NCBI RefSeq assembly: GCF_006345805.1
Contig: NC_043006.1
Location: 89,776,001-89,840,000, forward strand
Length of the DNA: 64,000 nucleotides
Source of the DNA: Octopus sinensis
Lineage: Eukaryota
Direction of reading: 5' to 3'
In this document: piece after piece, positions 62,927 through 64,000 of the stretch
Numbering within the stretch: the stretch's first letter is position 1
How the letters are laid out: each line of letters begins with the position of its first letter
Translations under genes and position numbers: made by a program
The notes under the pieces: generated by a model
Seen by the model: only the letters and a program-made list of their open reading frames with translations
Told to the model about the DNA's origin: nothing
The model's database searches: none

Positions 62927-63587
62927 TTTCTTCTGTAAAACATCTATATACTGTTGTGAAAGGAAGCTTTTCAGAAGGTTAGAAAAGGGAAGTAAAAACA
63001 AAGAGAACAAAACCAAAAGAAAAGAAGAAAAAGATCAGGAAGTGAAGAGGAGAGAAAATAAATACACAGCAGTTAATATGGAGGAAATAAAACAGAAACA
63101 ACTTTGGTCTTGAAAACTCACTGCTACATCAATGGCACCTTAGCAATACGGAAAGAAGCAAGAATATTAAAAGACATGCCTGAAATTAACAAACTGACTC
63201 ACAACTTAGGAAGAAGAAATGAAAAGACATGCTTAATGATTTTCAAAAGTTGATCTAAACAAAGAACGTCCATAAAACAGGTTTTTAACTGGTCACTCAA
63301 CCTGTGTGTCCGTACAAAATAACAGCAGAAGCTAGAATACCTGCAATGGCGCTTTCAGTGCCGACAATGCACACGGCTAATATTGCAATGACAGTTTATT
63401 CAACTCTTTTGTGAGATTCTTACGGGAAGGATATTCAGATCGTTTACAGATATTTTTACCAAATCCGTATTTTCTTTGATAACATGTATATGCGTATGTG
63501 GGTGTATATCTCTCCCTGTCTCTATATAAGTGTATGTGTGTAGATATTGATATATTAATGTCTGTATGTAAGTGTGTGTGTGTGTGA

Positions 63588-63642
<55 letters not shown>

Positions 63643-64000
63643 ATATCTATAAGTGTATGTGTGTGTATGTACATTTACTTAGATATAAATTACACACTCA
63701 TACATACATATGTATAGAAACATATACACATATTCACACATATCTGTACATATGACTGAGTAATTCATAGGATTACATACATACACACACGCACGTGCAC
63801 ACACACACATTACATATTTTATATGAAAAGAGATATCTGAAACAGAATAGATACGGTATGATCAAAAGACACAAGACTTTCCCTGTTGATGCTTGAAATA
63901 TTTTGATATTCTAAACATCTTCACTTTTCTACTGATACACACACACACACATGAATGTGATACTTCAAAATGGAACTTGTAATGTAGAAAAAGAAATAAG

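Noticed and set aside
61366-63016. Long ORFs rich in I/Y/M/C (also 39082-39285, 45828-46190, 47480-47893, 58088-59014)
   Set aside because: Translations of (TA)n/(TG)n microsatellites, not genes.

Overview
AT-rich, repeat-dense metazoan genomic DNA. The SINE, RTE, Dong and microsatellite repertoire suggests a coleoid cephalopod, probably Octopus (inference, not verified). No intact host gene can be identified with confidence; there are only a few short candidate minus-strand exons. Most recognisable content is mobile DNA: RTE-type LINE fragments (one with a C4HC3 PHD-like finger inside the RT region), a 2.65-kb R4/Dong-type LINE in (TAA)n, a CR1 3' fragment, a full-length but inactivated Tc1, decayed mariner and maT copies, a piggyBac-type MITE, Helitron/Helentron-like non-autonomous elements, a Chapaev3-like remnant and tRNA-derived SINEs. 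The standout is the 41.6-47.3 kb region, a Penelope-like (PLE) hotspot with five type I hammerhead ribozyme motifs from three unrelated sequence families, folded by eye. All have a minimal stem III and an unusually long stem II. One lies 3' of a GIY-YIG ORF. Two are on the arms of a near-perfect 460-bp palindrome. Two sit in a near-identical 601-nt non-coding tandem dimer that could release a unit-length, circularisable RNA (retrozyme-like).
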